Shown piece by piece: positions 38,065-47,483 of a DNA stretch of 64,000 bases. Source of the DNA: Gemmatimonadota bacterium (lineage in GTDB: Bacteria; Latescibacterota; UBA2968; UBA8231); assembly GCA_038153405.1 (NCBI GenBank), contig JAYOYH010000001.1, positions 192,156 to 256,155 on the forward strand, written 5' to 3'. The notes under the pieces are model-generated. The model made no database searches. It had not been told where the DNA came from and was given only the letters and a program-made list of their open reading frames with translations. Within the stretch, counting starts at the first letter, position 1; each line of letters begins with the position of its first letter. The position numbers were made by a program, and so were the translations under genes.

Positions 38065-38097
38065 GGGACCTCCCGTAGAAGGGGGGTCCCATTTTTT
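38065..38097 (+). terminator. Intrinsic terminator after trmB
   Basis: GGGACCTCC...GGGGGTCCC stem then T run. Confidence 0.65.
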
Positions 38098-38207
38098 CAT
38101 CCCCAATGAGCACAAAATAGTGTCATTAATACACTTATCTGTGTGCACATGGGCGAAAGGGCGATCACGGCGTGAAAAAATCTCCTATCTAGCTGATAAA
38201 ATTATGC

Positions 38208-38270
38208 TTGACAGCTATAACTAAAAGTGAGATAATTGAGAAAGTGGTGTAAAAGGGTGTAGTAGGGTGT
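38208..38270 (+). promoter_or_regulatory. dcw promoter with MraZ-type direct repeats
   Basis: TTGACA-N17-GATAAT with extended TG, then three 10-nt-period repeats AAAGTGGTGT/AAAAGGGTGT/AGTAGGGTGT. Confidence 0.7.
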
Positions 38271-38310
38271 GTTGCGGTTGGCGGTGTAATTCAGGACTAA
38301 GGGTCTGATA

Positions 38311-38751
38311 ATGGAGCAATTTCTCGGCGAATACGATGTGCCAGTGGATGAGAAGGGGCGCATATTTGTTCCAGCTGAGTTTCGGCGCAAACTGCCTGCC
38401 GCGGCCGATAGCACCTTTGTCGTCGTGCGCGGCTACGACCACTGTCTGACGGCTTATCCTCAACACGTGTGGGAAGAAACGGCGAAGAAACTCATGCGCC
38501 TCCCGCAGACAGAGCGGCGCAATCGCGTATTCATACGCGCGATGCTGTCGCAGGCTGCCGAAGTAAAAATGGACCGACAGGGCCGCGCCGGCATTCCGCG
38601 CAAGCTGTTGGGTCGCGCCGGTATTGGCGAGCACATGGTGGTGATTGGTGCGCTGGACAAATTGGAATTTTGGAATCCAGATGACTGGCACAAGTTCATG
38701 GAAGAGGCCGACGAGGGTATGGAAGCGGCGGCCGAACATCTCGACCTATAG
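38311..38751 (+). CDS. mraZ: Division/cell wall cluster regulator MraZ
   Basis: DEKGR..VP and DRQGR..IP repeats. Confidence 0.95.
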   Translation: MEQFLGEYDVPVDEKGRIFVPAEFRRKLPAAADSTFVVVRGYDHCLTAYPQHVWEETAKKLMRLPQTERRNRVFIRAMLSQAAEVKMDRQGRAGIPRKLLGRAGIGEHMVVIGALDKLEFWNPDDWHKFMEEADEGMEAAAEHLDL

Positions 38752-38771
38752 CGGACAGTGAATTCTAGGCT

Positions 38772-39701
38772 ATGTCATATCACGTTCCCGTGCTGTGCAA
38801 TGCGGTTGTCGAGTATCTGGCCATTGAGCCCGGTGGAATCTACCTCGATGCGACAGCCGGCGGGGGCGGGCACAGCGCTGCCCTGTTGCACGCGCTGGAC
38901 AGTGGTGCGACGGTATGGGTTGTCGACCGCGACGCCGATGCCATCGAACAGGCAACGCGCACGCTGGCAGGAGACGAGCGCGCGCGGGTTCGACGGGCCA
39001 GCTTTGCCGAATTGGGTGCTCTGTTGGAGGCCGAAGGCGTGTGCAACCTCAGCGGGGTGCTGTTTGACCTGGGGGTTTCGTCGCACCAAATCGATGCGGC
39101 GCACAGGGGGTTTAGCTACCGGTCGGCGGGGCCTTTAGATATGCGAATGGATTCGACTCAGGGGAGGACGGCGGCCGATATTATCGGAGCGGCTTCGGAG
39201 AAAGAACTATTGCAAATCGTGCGCGATTTCGGCGAAGAGCGCCGTGCCGGAGCGGTCGCTAAGAGCATCGTGCGCATGCGGTCGGGAGCGCCGCTACAGA
39301 CCACCGACGATCTGCGTAGGGCAGTGGAAAATACGCGTCCACAGATGCTCAACAAAACGCTGGCGCGCGTTTTTCAGGCTTTCAGAATTGCCGTCAACGG
39401 CGAGTTAGACCAACTATCAGATGGGCTTGCTGCCGTCGCTGGTCGTTTGGCGGTGGGGGGGCGTCTAGCCGTCATCGCCTATCATTCGCTCGAAGATCGC
39501 CTCGTCAAACAGGGCCTGGCCGAACGCATGCGCGGGTGTATTTGCCCTCCTCGCATGCCGGTGTGCGCATGCGGGCGAAAGCCCGAATTTGCCAAAGTCG
39601 ATCGCGGTCGCATAAAACCTAGTGCTGATGAAATTGCCAACAATAGCAGGGCGCGCAGCGCCGTTTTGCGCGTATTCGAAAAAATAGAGGAATGTGCATG
39701 A
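38772..39701 (+). CDS. rsmH: 16S rRNA m4C1402 methyltransferase
   Basis: HVPVL, DLGVSS, PLDMRM, FQAFRIAVN, YHSLEDR. Confidence 0.96.
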   Translation: MSYHVPVLCNAVVEYLAIEPGGIYLDATAGGGGHSAALLHALDSGATVWVVDRDADAIEQATRTLAGDERARVRRASFAELGALLEAEGVCNLSGVLFDLGVSSHQIDAAHRGFSYRSAGPLDMRMDSTQGRTAADIIGAASEKELLQIVRDFGEERRAGAVAKSIVRMRSGAPLQTTDDLRRAVENTRPQMLNKTLARVFQAFRIAVNGELDQLSDGLAAVAGRLAVGGRLAVIAYHSLEDRLVKQGLAERMRGCICPPRMPVCACGRKPEFAKVDRGRIKPSADEIANNSRARSAVLRVFEKIEECA

Positions 39702-40012
39702 CGCGTGATGTTCGTAGATTCAACCATTCTTTTCGATGCGGCCGCGGGGTCGCTCTGATCGGCCTGTTGATCGGCGCTATGCTCTTTCGCGTATGGCAAA
39801 AAGTCGAAGTAGCGGCTATCGATCGGCAGTATTGGGAGGCGCAGCAGATGATGGATGAACTGGGCCACGAGCGAACAAAGCTCATGGCTGGCATTGCCTT
39901 CAAAAAGAAGTTAGAGATGATAGAGCACGTCGCCGTGGGACAGATTGGTATGGTCTACGCCAGGGGGAGTGAAGCGGTGGCGGGTCATTGGACGGCAAAA
40001 GACATCGACTGA
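39698..40012 (+). CDS. ftsL: Probable cell division protein FtsL
   Basis: Position between rsmH and ftsI; single TM plus coiled coil. Confidence 0.65.
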   Translation: MTRDVRRFNHSFRCGRGVALIGLLIGAMLFRVWQKVEVAAIDRQYWEAQQMMDELGHERTKLMAGIAFKKKLEMIEHVAVGQIGMVYARGSEAVAGHWTAKDID

Positions 40013-42015
40013 TGATCGACAGTCGGCGACAGGCGACCTGGTGTGGTCCGCGGCGGTTGCGCATTGCCGCCTGCTTTGGCCTGCTCTTTTGGGCGGTGCT
40101 GGCCGGCCGTCTGGTGCAGGTGCAAGGCGTGCTGGGGACGGCCTATGCCGAGCGCGCCCACGACCAATACGTGCGGCGCACGGCCTTGGAAGCGCGCCGC
40201 GGTAGCCTGTTGGATCGCCGCGGCACCGAAATGGCCACCGACGTCAAAGCGCGGTCGTTTTACGCACGCCCCGATCGCGTCGAGGATCCACAGGCTGTTG
40301 CCCAATTTTTTGCGCGGCTGAGCGGCGCAAATGCTGCGGCGCTCGCCGATCAACTGAGCAGCGAGCGCCCCTTTGTTTACCTGGTGCGCCAAATAGACGG
40401 GGATGGGCTCAGCGCCCCGGCCGATTCCTTTGCCGGCGTATACAGCCACAGCGCAACGCGGCGATTTTACCCGTTAGGGCCGCTGGCCGGACAGCTCTTA
40501 GGGCACACGGATATTGACAATCGAGGTCGCGAGGGCATCGAACGCTCCTTTGACGACCAACTGCGCGAGATGGACGGGGCGATGGTCTCCTACGTCGATG
40601 CGCGCGGCCTACAGGTGCCCGGTCGCGTCCAGGCGCAAGACCAGCCGCAGGACGGCCGCAGCATGGTCGTTACAATAGATGCCCTCTATCAGAGCATACT
40701 CGAAGAAGAACTCGCGCGCACAGTAGACGAAGTGGATGCCAATGGGGCAATGGGCGTGGTGCTCGACCCCCATAGTGGTGAAATTCTGGCGATGGCCAAC
40801 GTTCCCCTATTCGATCCGAATAGAGCGGGCAGGTCGACGGCCGCGCTGCGGCGCAATCGGGTCATAGCCGATGCCTACGAACCGGGTTCCACCTTCAAGG
40901 TCATTGCGGCCGCTGCAGTGCTGGAAGATCGTTTGGCGCGCACGCACGACCGCGTCGATTGCCAGCAGGGGATTTTGAAGTTGGCCAACGGCGAGGTGAT
41001 CCGCGATATCGCCCCGCACGGCGAGTTGAGCTTTGCCGAGGTGATCGAAAATTCCAGCAACATCGGCTTGATAAAGTTTGCGCGCCGACTGCCGCGCGCG
41101 CGTTTTTACCAGTACATCCGCAGCTTTGGCTTTGCCTCGCGCAGCGGAGTAGAACTGCCGGCTGAAAGCAGCGGTCTATTGCAGCGAGTCGATGGCTGGT
41201 CCGAGCGCTCGTTAGAGACCATTGCCATCGGTCAGGAAATCAGCGTTACGGTGCTGCAGCTGGCACAGGCCTATGCGGCCATTGCCAACGGTGGAAAGCT
41301 GATGGCGCCGCAAATCGTTAGGGGATATGCCGGGGAAGATGGCCGGATTATCGATGCGGCTGTCCCGGCAGTCGTGCGGCGCGTAATCGGCGAGGAAACG
41401 GCCGCTGTGATGCGGCGGATATTGCGCGGCGTCGTCGATAGCGGCACGGGCCATCGCGCGCAAATTGCAGGCGTAACGGTTGCCGGGAAGACGGGTACGG
41501 CACAGAAGGCCGCCGCCAACGGAAGCGGGTACGATCCCGACGCGAGTATTGTCTCATTCGCTGGTTTCCTGCCCGCCGAAAAACCGCGCTATGTATGTGT
41601 TGTCGTCGTCGATGAACCGCGCAAGGATAAATGGGGTGGGAGCGTTGCCGCGCCGACCTTCCAGCGCGTTATGGAGCGCATCGTCCATCTACCGGGAGGG
41701 CTGCTGGCTCACGCACCTATGGCCGGTCCCGTGCCGGCGACGATAACGGTGCCCGACCTGCGCGGCATGACGCGGGCTGCAGCTCGTCTAACGGCGCGGC
41801 TGCGCGGAATGGAGGCGGTCGCCGAGGGGGGTGGAACCGTCGTCGTGGCTCAGCGGCCTGCACCTGGAGAAGAAGTCCTCGTCGGCGTCGACATTCGCTG
41901 TCAAATGGGAGAAGACCTGTCCTATATGGATGGCGCGCAAGAGTTGCAAGGAAGGCAGGCGCGTTTGTTCGAAGCTATGGAAGCGACGCCACCGATTTCG
42001 CGCAAGAGGCTCTAG
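40012..42015 (+). CDS. ftsI: Class B penicillin-binding protein FtsI with PASTA domain
   Basis: RG.LLDR, GREGIE, PGSTFK, SSN, KTGT, VPDLRG. Confidence 0.93.
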   Translation: MIDSRRQATWCGPRRLRIAACFGLLFWAVLAGRLVQVQGVLGTAYAERAHDQYVRRTALEARRGSLLDRRGTEMATDVKARSFYARPDRVEDPQAVAQFFARLSGANAAALADQLSSERPFVYLVRQIDGDGLSAPADSFAGVYSHSATRRFYPLGPLAGQLLGHTDIDNRGREGIERSFDDQLREMDGAMVSYVDARGLQVPGRVQAQDQPQDGRSMVVTIDALYQSILEEELARTVDEVDANGAMGVVLDPHSGEILAMANVPLFDPNRAGRSTAALRRNRVIADAYEPGSTFKVIAAAAVLEDRLARTHDRVDCQQGILKLANGEVIRDIAPHGELSFAEVIENSSNIGLIKFARRLPRARFYQYIRSFGFASRSGVELPAESSGLLQRVDGWSERSLETIAIGQEISVTVLQLAQAYAAIANGGKLMAPQIVRGYAGEDGRIIDAAVPAVVRRVIGEETAAVMRRILRGVVDSGTGHRAQIAGVTVAGKTGTAQKAAANGSGYDPDASIVSFAGFLPAEKPRYVCVVVVDEPRKDKWGGSVAAPTFQRVMERIVHLPGGLLAHAPMAGPVPATITVPDLRGMTRAAARLTARLRGMEAVAEGGGTVVVAQRPAPGEEVLVGVDIRCQMGEDLSYMDGAQELQGRQARLFEAMEATPPISRKRL

Positions 42016-43476
42016 TTGAGGCTGAGCCAATTGCTCGAAGCCTTGCCTGAAGCGGTCGTAACAGGCCCCGTGGACGGCGTCGTTGGCAAACTGTGCAGCG
42101 ATTCCCGCCTAGTCGAGAAGGGGGATGTCTTTGTCGCGCTGCGCGGTGGCCAGCAGCAGGATCGCCATCGCTTTGTCGACGATGCCCTCGGGCGCGGTGC
42201 CAGTGCCGTCGTCGTCGAAGAAGAAATACAATGCAGTGCTACGCGCATCGTTGTCGCTAGTTGTCGGGCCGCGCTGCCGCGCATGGCGCGCCAATTCTAC
42301 GGAGCTCCGGGTGATTCAATGCTCAATATTGGCGTCACTGGCACCAACGGTAAAACGACGACAGCCTACGTAGTGAGCGCGCTGTTGAGGGCTGCCGGCG
42401 TGCCGTGCGGTTATCTGGGCACGCTGGGTTGCGGTGGCGATGAGCCATTAGAAAAAATGCCCAATACAACGCCGGAGGCCGATGTGCTGCAGCGCTGTCT
42501 GCGCCGGCTCGTCGACGAGGGCATGCGCGCCGCCGCCCTTGAAGTGTCGTCGCACGGATTGGCTCTTCAGCGCGTAGATGGCATCGATTTTAACGTGGCG
42601 ATATTCACTAATATAACGCGCGACCACTTAGATTTTCATGGCGATTTCCCCAGCTATCTGGCTGCAAAGTCGCTGCTATTTGAAGGCTTGAAAAGCGATG
42701 CATTTGCGCTGCTTAATGGCGACGATCCCCATGCCGCTGACTTAGCTGAACGCACGGATGCACAGGTTGTGCGCTATGGGTTGAGCGAGGACGCCGACTG
42801 GCACCCGTTGGCAGTGGATATGCGCTGCGACGGCATGAAAATGCAGATCGCGTCACCCGGTGGACCGTTTTTTGTCGAGACGGCCCTTACTGGGCGCTTC
42901 AACTGTTATAATGTCACCGCGGCGCTGGCGGCGGCGGCTCTCTTGGGCATTGAGCGCCAGGCGCTATGCGATGGGTTGCGATCGATAAGGGGAGTGCCCG
43001 GTCGCTTTGAGTCGCTGCGCGAAGGGCAGGATTTTTCCGTCATCGTGGACTATGCGCACACACCCGATGCACTCGAGCGCGCCCTGCAGAGCGCGCGGCC
43101 GCTGACCGACGGTAGGCTATGGTGTGTATTTGGCTGCGGCGGTGATCGCGACAGGGGCAAGCGAGCGCTTATGGGACGCGCTGCCGCCCAGTGGGCTGAC
43201 CGCATTGTGCTCACGTCCGACAATCCGCGCAGCGAAGATCCGGACGCCATACTCGATGAAATTGCTGTGGGCATACCTGGTGGGCTAGTGTTTGAGCGCG
43301 AGGTCAACCGGGGCATCGCCATCGAGCATAGCCTGCGTGCCGCCGGGCCGGGAGACGTTGTATTGATTGCCGGTAAGGGACACGAATCCGAGCAGATTCT
43401 CTCTGATCGCGTCGTTTCCTTTGATGATCGGGATGTTGCGCGGAGCATTCTCAGATCGCTCGGCAAGGCTAACTAA
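42016..43476 (+). CDS. murE: UDP-MurNAc-tripeptide ligase (mDAP-type)
   Basis: GTNGKTT, EVSSH, DHLDFH, DYAHTPD, DNPR, AGKGHE. Confidence 0.95.
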   Translation: MRLSQLLEALPEAVVTGPVDGVVGKLCSDSRLVEKGDVFVALRGGQQQDRHRFVDDALGRGASAVVVEEEIQCSATRIVVASCRAALPRMARQFYGAPGDSMLNIGVTGTNGKTTTAYVVSALLRAAGVPCGYLGTLGCGGDEPLEKMPNTTPEADVLQRCLRRLVDEGMRAAALEVSSHGLALQRVDGIDFNVAIFTNITRDHLDFHGDFPSYLAAKSLLFEGLKSDAFALLNGDDPHAADLAERTDAQVVRYGLSEDADWHPLAVDMRCDGMKMQIASPGGPFFVETALTGRFNCYNVTAALAAAALLGIERQALCDGLRSIRGVPGRFESLREGQDFSVIVDYAHTPDALERALQSARPLTDGRLWCVFGCGGDRDRGKRALMGRAAAQWADRIVLTSDNPRSEDPDAILDEIAVGIPGGLVFEREVNRGIAIEHSLRAAGPGDVVLIAGKGHESEQILSDRVVSFDDRDVARSILRSLGKAN

Positions 43477-43495
43477 TACCGGCAGAGAGGTATCC

Positions 43496-44854
43496 ATGCA
43501 CGATGTGCAGTTGGATGAAATTCTACAGTGGACGGAAGCAGAACTTGTTGGTATCTTAGATCGGCCAATTAGACCGTCCGGCGTATCGACCGACAGTCGG
43601 AGCACGGTCTCCGGCGAGTTGTTCATCGCCCTGCGTGGCGAACATTTTGACGGTCACGATTACGTAGAAGCTGCGCTTCTGCGCGGCGCCTGTGCCGCGG
43701 TAGTAGAGAAGGAATCCGTCGCTCGGTATGCATCGGGAATAGGGCCTTTACTCGTCGTAGACAGTGCCCTAAAAGCCCTCGGCCAGATGGCCGCTCGCTA
43801 TCGGGCTCGTTTTGATGTACCCGTTATCGGCATTACCGGTTCGTCCGGCAAGACGACGACGAAGGAAATGGTCGCGGCGGTGCTCGGGCATCGCTTCAAT
43901 GTGTTGAAGACCATTGCCAGCGAGAATAACGAAATAGGCGTTCCGCGCACGCTGCTCAATCTCAACCGGCAACACGAGGCGGTGGTGCTGGAGTTGGCAG
44001 CGCGCAAAGAGGGCGATATACATTACCTGTGTACCATCGCCCAGCCTACCATAGGGGTCCTGCTGAACATCGGCAGTGCCCATCTCGAGTTTTTTGGATC
44101 TGTAGAGGGGGTGGCCAAGGCTAAAGGGGAGCTCCTGGAGTATCTGGATGAGTCTTTAACAGCTCTCATCAATGCTGATGACCGTGTCGTGTGTCAGGAG
44201 GTTTTGAGGACAAAGGGGAGACTCCTGACCTTCGGTTTTCAGTCTGAGAGCACGTTTCGTGGGGAGGGACTCATCTTAGACCAGGAGGGCTGCGGCCACT
44301 TCCTTCTACAAACGCATTCCATCGACTTAAAAATCCCCGGTAAACATAACGCCTATAACGCATTAGCTGCTGCCGCTATAGGCGGAATTTTGGGCGTTGA
44401 GCCCGGCGATATTCGCCGTGCCCTGTCGGAGTTTAGGCCGGTAGACCGGCGCACGGAAGTCGTGCAGGTGCGGGGGATGACGATCGTCAATGACAGCTAC
44501 AACGCCAATCCCGGGTCAGTCGGCGCCGCGTTGGACATGCTCTCGGCAATGCGCGGAGGGCGCAAAATCGTCCTGTTAGGCGATATGTTAGAATTGGGTG
44601 AGACGGCGCCCCAATTGCATGAAGAAATCGGCGGCAGGGCCGCTGAGGTTGCCGATGTCGTACTCGCAGTAGGGCCGCTCGCTCGGCATATTGCCCGGGG
44701 GGCGCGCGCTGCTGGTGCCGCGCAGGTGACGCACTTTGATCTGAAGGAAGAAGCCACAGCCCATCTCAACGCAACGCTAGAACCCGATGACATTCTCCTT
44801 GTCAAGGCTTCGCGGGGCATGGGACTGTGGGACGTCGTAGACGCAATCGGCTGA
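43496..44854 (+). CDS. murF: UDP-MurNAc-pentapeptide ligase
   Basis: TDSR, FDGH, GSSGKTTTK, DSYNANP, GDMLELG, KASRG. Confidence 0.95.
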   Translation: MHDVQLDEILQWTEAELVGILDRPIRPSGVSTDSRSTVSGELFIALRGEHFDGHDYVEAALLRGACAAVVEKESVARYASGIGPLLVVDSALKALGQMAARYRARFDVPVIGITGSSGKTTTKEMVAAVLGHRFNVLKTIASENNEIGVPRTLLNLNRQHEAVVLELAARKEGDIHYLCTIAQPTIGVLLNIGSAHLEFFGSVEGVAKAKGELLEYLDESLTALINADDRVVCQEVLRTKGRLLTFGFQSESTFRGEGLILDQEGCGHFLLQTHSIDLKIPGKHNAYNALAAAAIGGILGVEPGDIRRALSEFRPVDRRTEVVQVRGMTIVNDSYNANPGSVGAALDMLSAMRGGRKIVLLGDMLELGETAPQLHEEIGGRAAEVADVVLAVGPLARHIARGARAAGAAQVTHFDLKEEATAHLNATLEPDDILLVKASRGMGLWDVVDAIG

Positions 44855-44928
44855 GATTTCCCTAATCTTAGCCCTTATCCATCTGCTCCCACCAGATGGT
44901 CCCTTTGTTCCAAGTTTGACTAGGCCGT

Positions 44929-44988
44929 AGTCCATCCCACGGACTCGCTGCTTGGCTTTCCCCGTTCGAGGCACGGAGAAGCCGCTTC
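44929..44988 (+). pseudogene. Possible eroded 3' remnant of murD, in frame with ftsW
   Basis: Reads SP-x10-FEARRSRF(MYAV), same spacing as the MurD C-terminal SP-x10-FEERGxxFxxxV. Confidence 0.4.
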
Positions 44989-46107
44989 ATGTACGCCGTA
45001 CAGCGTGCTGGAACGCATTTGCTGCTGGTTTGCTTGGTATTGGTCGGGCTTGGACTGGTAATGATTTACAGTGCTAGCTCCGAACTAGCACGGGTGCGCT
45101 TTGACGATAGCAGTTTCTTTCTCAAGCGGCAGAGCGCGCGCGCCGCATTGGGCCTAGTCGTGATGTGGGTCCTCTCGCGTGTGCCGCTGCTGGCGTGGGC
45201 GCGCTTTTCCCGCTCCATTATGCTGTCGGCCATCGCCCTTCTCGTACTCGTCTTATTTTTTGGCACAGGACCCGCGCAGCGCTGGTTGTCCATGCCGGCC
45301 TTCCTAGCGGGCGTAACCTTCCAACCCTCCGAATTTGCCAAGCTGGCTCTGGTCCTCTACCTGGCCGATGTATTGGTGCGCAAAGAAGGCGATCTGCAGG
45401 AGTTTAAGCGAGGCCTGCTGCCCCGCCTCGTCGTCGTCGGACTCGTACTCATACTAATCGCGGCCCAGCCCGATTTGGGCACCGCCATAGCCGTCGGCAG
45501 CATTGCCATGGTTCTCCTGTGGGTTGGCGGAGTGCAGCCCATGCAGTTGGGGGCTGTGCTGCTTGCTGGCGGCAGCGGCGTGGTGCTTTCGCTGCTCACC
45601 TCGCCTTATCAGATGGCCCGCTTGACCAACTTCATCAACGGCAGCGGCGAGGACGCTGGAAACTATCAGGTTACTCAGTCGCTGATCGGCATGGGCAACG
45701 GCCAACTTTTGGGCGTGGGTTTGGGCAATAGCATGCAGAAGCTGCAGTATCTGCCCGAGCCGCATACGGACTTCGTATTCGCTTTTGTCGGCGAAGAACT
45801 GGGTCTGGTAGGGGCGCTCGGGATCATCGCTCTCTTTATCGCCTTTGCCCTCTACGGACTGCGCATTGCACGCGATGCGGAGGACAGCCACGGCTTCCTG
45901 CTGGCGACGGGTATAACGGCCATGATATCTATATATGCGATGCTCAATATGGGGGTGGTTACAGGTATTCTGCCGACGACGGGATTGCCCCTGCCCTTTC
46001 TCAGCTATGGTGGCTCGTCTCTGCTGTGGAATATGGCGGGCGTTGGCATTTTAATGGGCGTAGCGCGCCAATCGGCGGGCAGCGGACAGGGGAGACGGCG
46101 CCGATGA
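44989..46107 (+). CDS. ftsW: SEDS protein FtsW
   Basis: YSAS, QPSEFAK, QPDLGT, LPEPHTDF, EELG, LPFLSYGGSS. Confidence 0.95.
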   Translation: MYAVQRAGTHLLLVCLVLVGLGLVMIYSASSELARVRFDDSSFFLKRQSARAALGLVVMWVLSRVPLLAWARFSRSIMLSAIALLVLVLFFGTGPAQRWLSMPAFLAGVTFQPSEFAKLALVLYLADVLVRKEGDLQEFKRGLLPRLVVVGLVLILIAAQPDLGTAIAVGSIAMVLLWVGGVQPMQLGAVLLAGGSGVVLSLLTSPYQMARLTNFINGSGEDAGNYQVTQSLIGMGNGQLLGVGLGNSMQKLQYLPEPHTDFVFAFVGEELGLVGALGIIALFIAFALYGLRIARDAEDSHGFLLATGITAMISIYAMLNMGVVTGILPTTGLPLPFLSYGGSSLLWNMAGVGILMGVARQSAGSGQGRRRR

Positions 46108-47483
46108 CGCTGGAGCAGCGCTTTAAACACGCCCACCTCGTGGGCATCGGCGGCATTGGAATGGAAGGGCTAGCGCGCCTGCTGCGCGCGCGCGGTCTGC
46201 GCGTGACCGGGTCGGATATGGCACCGTCAAAAGCGCTGGGCCTGCTGCGGGAAGATGGTTTCGAGGTGCATGTGGGACACGCTGCGCACCAGATTGGCAA
46301 TGCCGATCTACTCGTCTATTCGGCGGCCGTCCCCGCCGACAATGCCGAGCGTCAGGTCGCACTTCGACGCGGCATTGCCTGCGCCAGTCGCGCAGAAGTG
46401 CTCGGCCAATTGAGCCGCTGGCGGCGCACGGTGGCCGTTGCTGGAACGCACGGTAAAACCACTTCTGCGGCCATGTTGGCGGCCGTTCTGCACCGTGCAG
46501 GGCTGCAGCCGGATATCTTGGTCGGGGGATGGGTTGGCGGGCGCGCCCACGCGGAAATTGGGCGCGGCGAATGGCTGGTCGTCGAGGCCGATGAATACGC
46601 GCGCAGTTTCTTGGACCTCCACCCCGATGTGGCGCTGGTAACCTGCGTCGAAGCGGAACACCTCGACTATTATGGCACGCTGAGCCAAGTCCAAAGTGCC
46701 TTTACTGAGTTCTTGGATCGCTTGCCCTTCTACGGAGTGGCCTTTGTCGGCGGGGACGACTTGGTCGCGGCAGAAATTCTGTCCACTACCCGCCGAGCGA
46801 GCCGCACCTACGGCGTTCGGGCCGACAGCGACTTCCGCATTGTCGACGTGGAGCTGAGCCCTTGGGAAAGCCACTTTTCGCTGCTGTGTGAGGGCGCCCA
46901 ACGGGTCGATTTAGCGCTGCGCGTGCCGGGTTTACACAACGTGCGCAACGCCGCTGGTGCCGCCGCCGCTGCGCACCATATCGGCGTCGATGGGGAATGC
47001 ATCGCGGCGGCGCTGGCCGAGTTTGAGGGCATTGATCGCCGCTTTCAGTTCAGGGGTGAGGCCGGCGATGTATGGGTGGTCGACGACTATGCGCATCACC
47101 CGCGCGAAGTCGGCGTTGCATTGGAAACCGCACGGGGCAGTGGGCGTCGAACCGTAGCTGTGTTTCAGCCCCACCTCTACTCGCGCACGCGCGATTTTGC
47201 CGAAGACTTTGCCCGCGAACTATCGGTCGCAGACCGCGTCGTTTTAACCGACGTGTACGCGGCGCGGGAACGCCCTTTGCCCGGCGTTGATAGCCATTTA
47301 ATTCGAGATGCGATGCGCCATTCGGGCTATGAATGCGTCGACTACGTCGCCGATGTCGCCGATGTCGTGCAGCACTTGGTCGAAGTCTGTCGTCCTGGCG
47401 ATGTGGTGCTGACGATGGGAGCGGGCAATATCGGTGATATAGCAGGCCCACTAGTTGCAGCACTTGGCGGAGGTCAGCAGTGA
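46104..47483 (+). CDS. murC: UDP-MurNAc-L-alanine ligase
   Basis: GIGGIGM, GTHGKTT, EADE, DDYAHHP, FQPHLYSRT; ATGA overlap with ftsW stop. Confidence 0.94.
   Translation: MTLEQRFKHAHLVGIGGIGMEGLARLLRARGLRVTGSDMAPSKALGLLREDGFEVHVGHAAHQIGNADLLVYSAAVPADNAERQVALRRGIACASRAEVLGQLSRWRRTVAVAGTHGKTTSAAMLAAVLHRAGLQPDILVGGWVGGRAHAEIGRGEWLVVEADEYARSFLDLHPDVALVTCVEAEHLDYYGTLSQVQSAFTEFLDRLPFYGVAFVGGDDLVAAEILSTTRRASRTYGVRADSDFRIVDVELSPWESHFSLLCEGAQRVDLALRVPGLHNVRNAAGAAAAAHHIGVDGECIAAALAEFEGIDRRFQFRGEAGDVWVVDDYAHHPREVGVALETARGSGRRTVAVFQPHLYSRTRDFAEDFARELSVADRVVLTDVYAARERPLPGVDSHLIRDAMRHSGYECVDYVADVADVVQHLVEVCRPGDVVLTMGAGNIGDIAGPLVAALGGGQQ

Noticed and set aside
44856..44930. Frame reading ISLILALIHLLPPDGP, reminiscent of the MraY N-terminus (ISL.LGP...DGP)
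   Set aside because: Spacing does not match without a sizeable deletion; too short and hydrophobic to distinguish from chance
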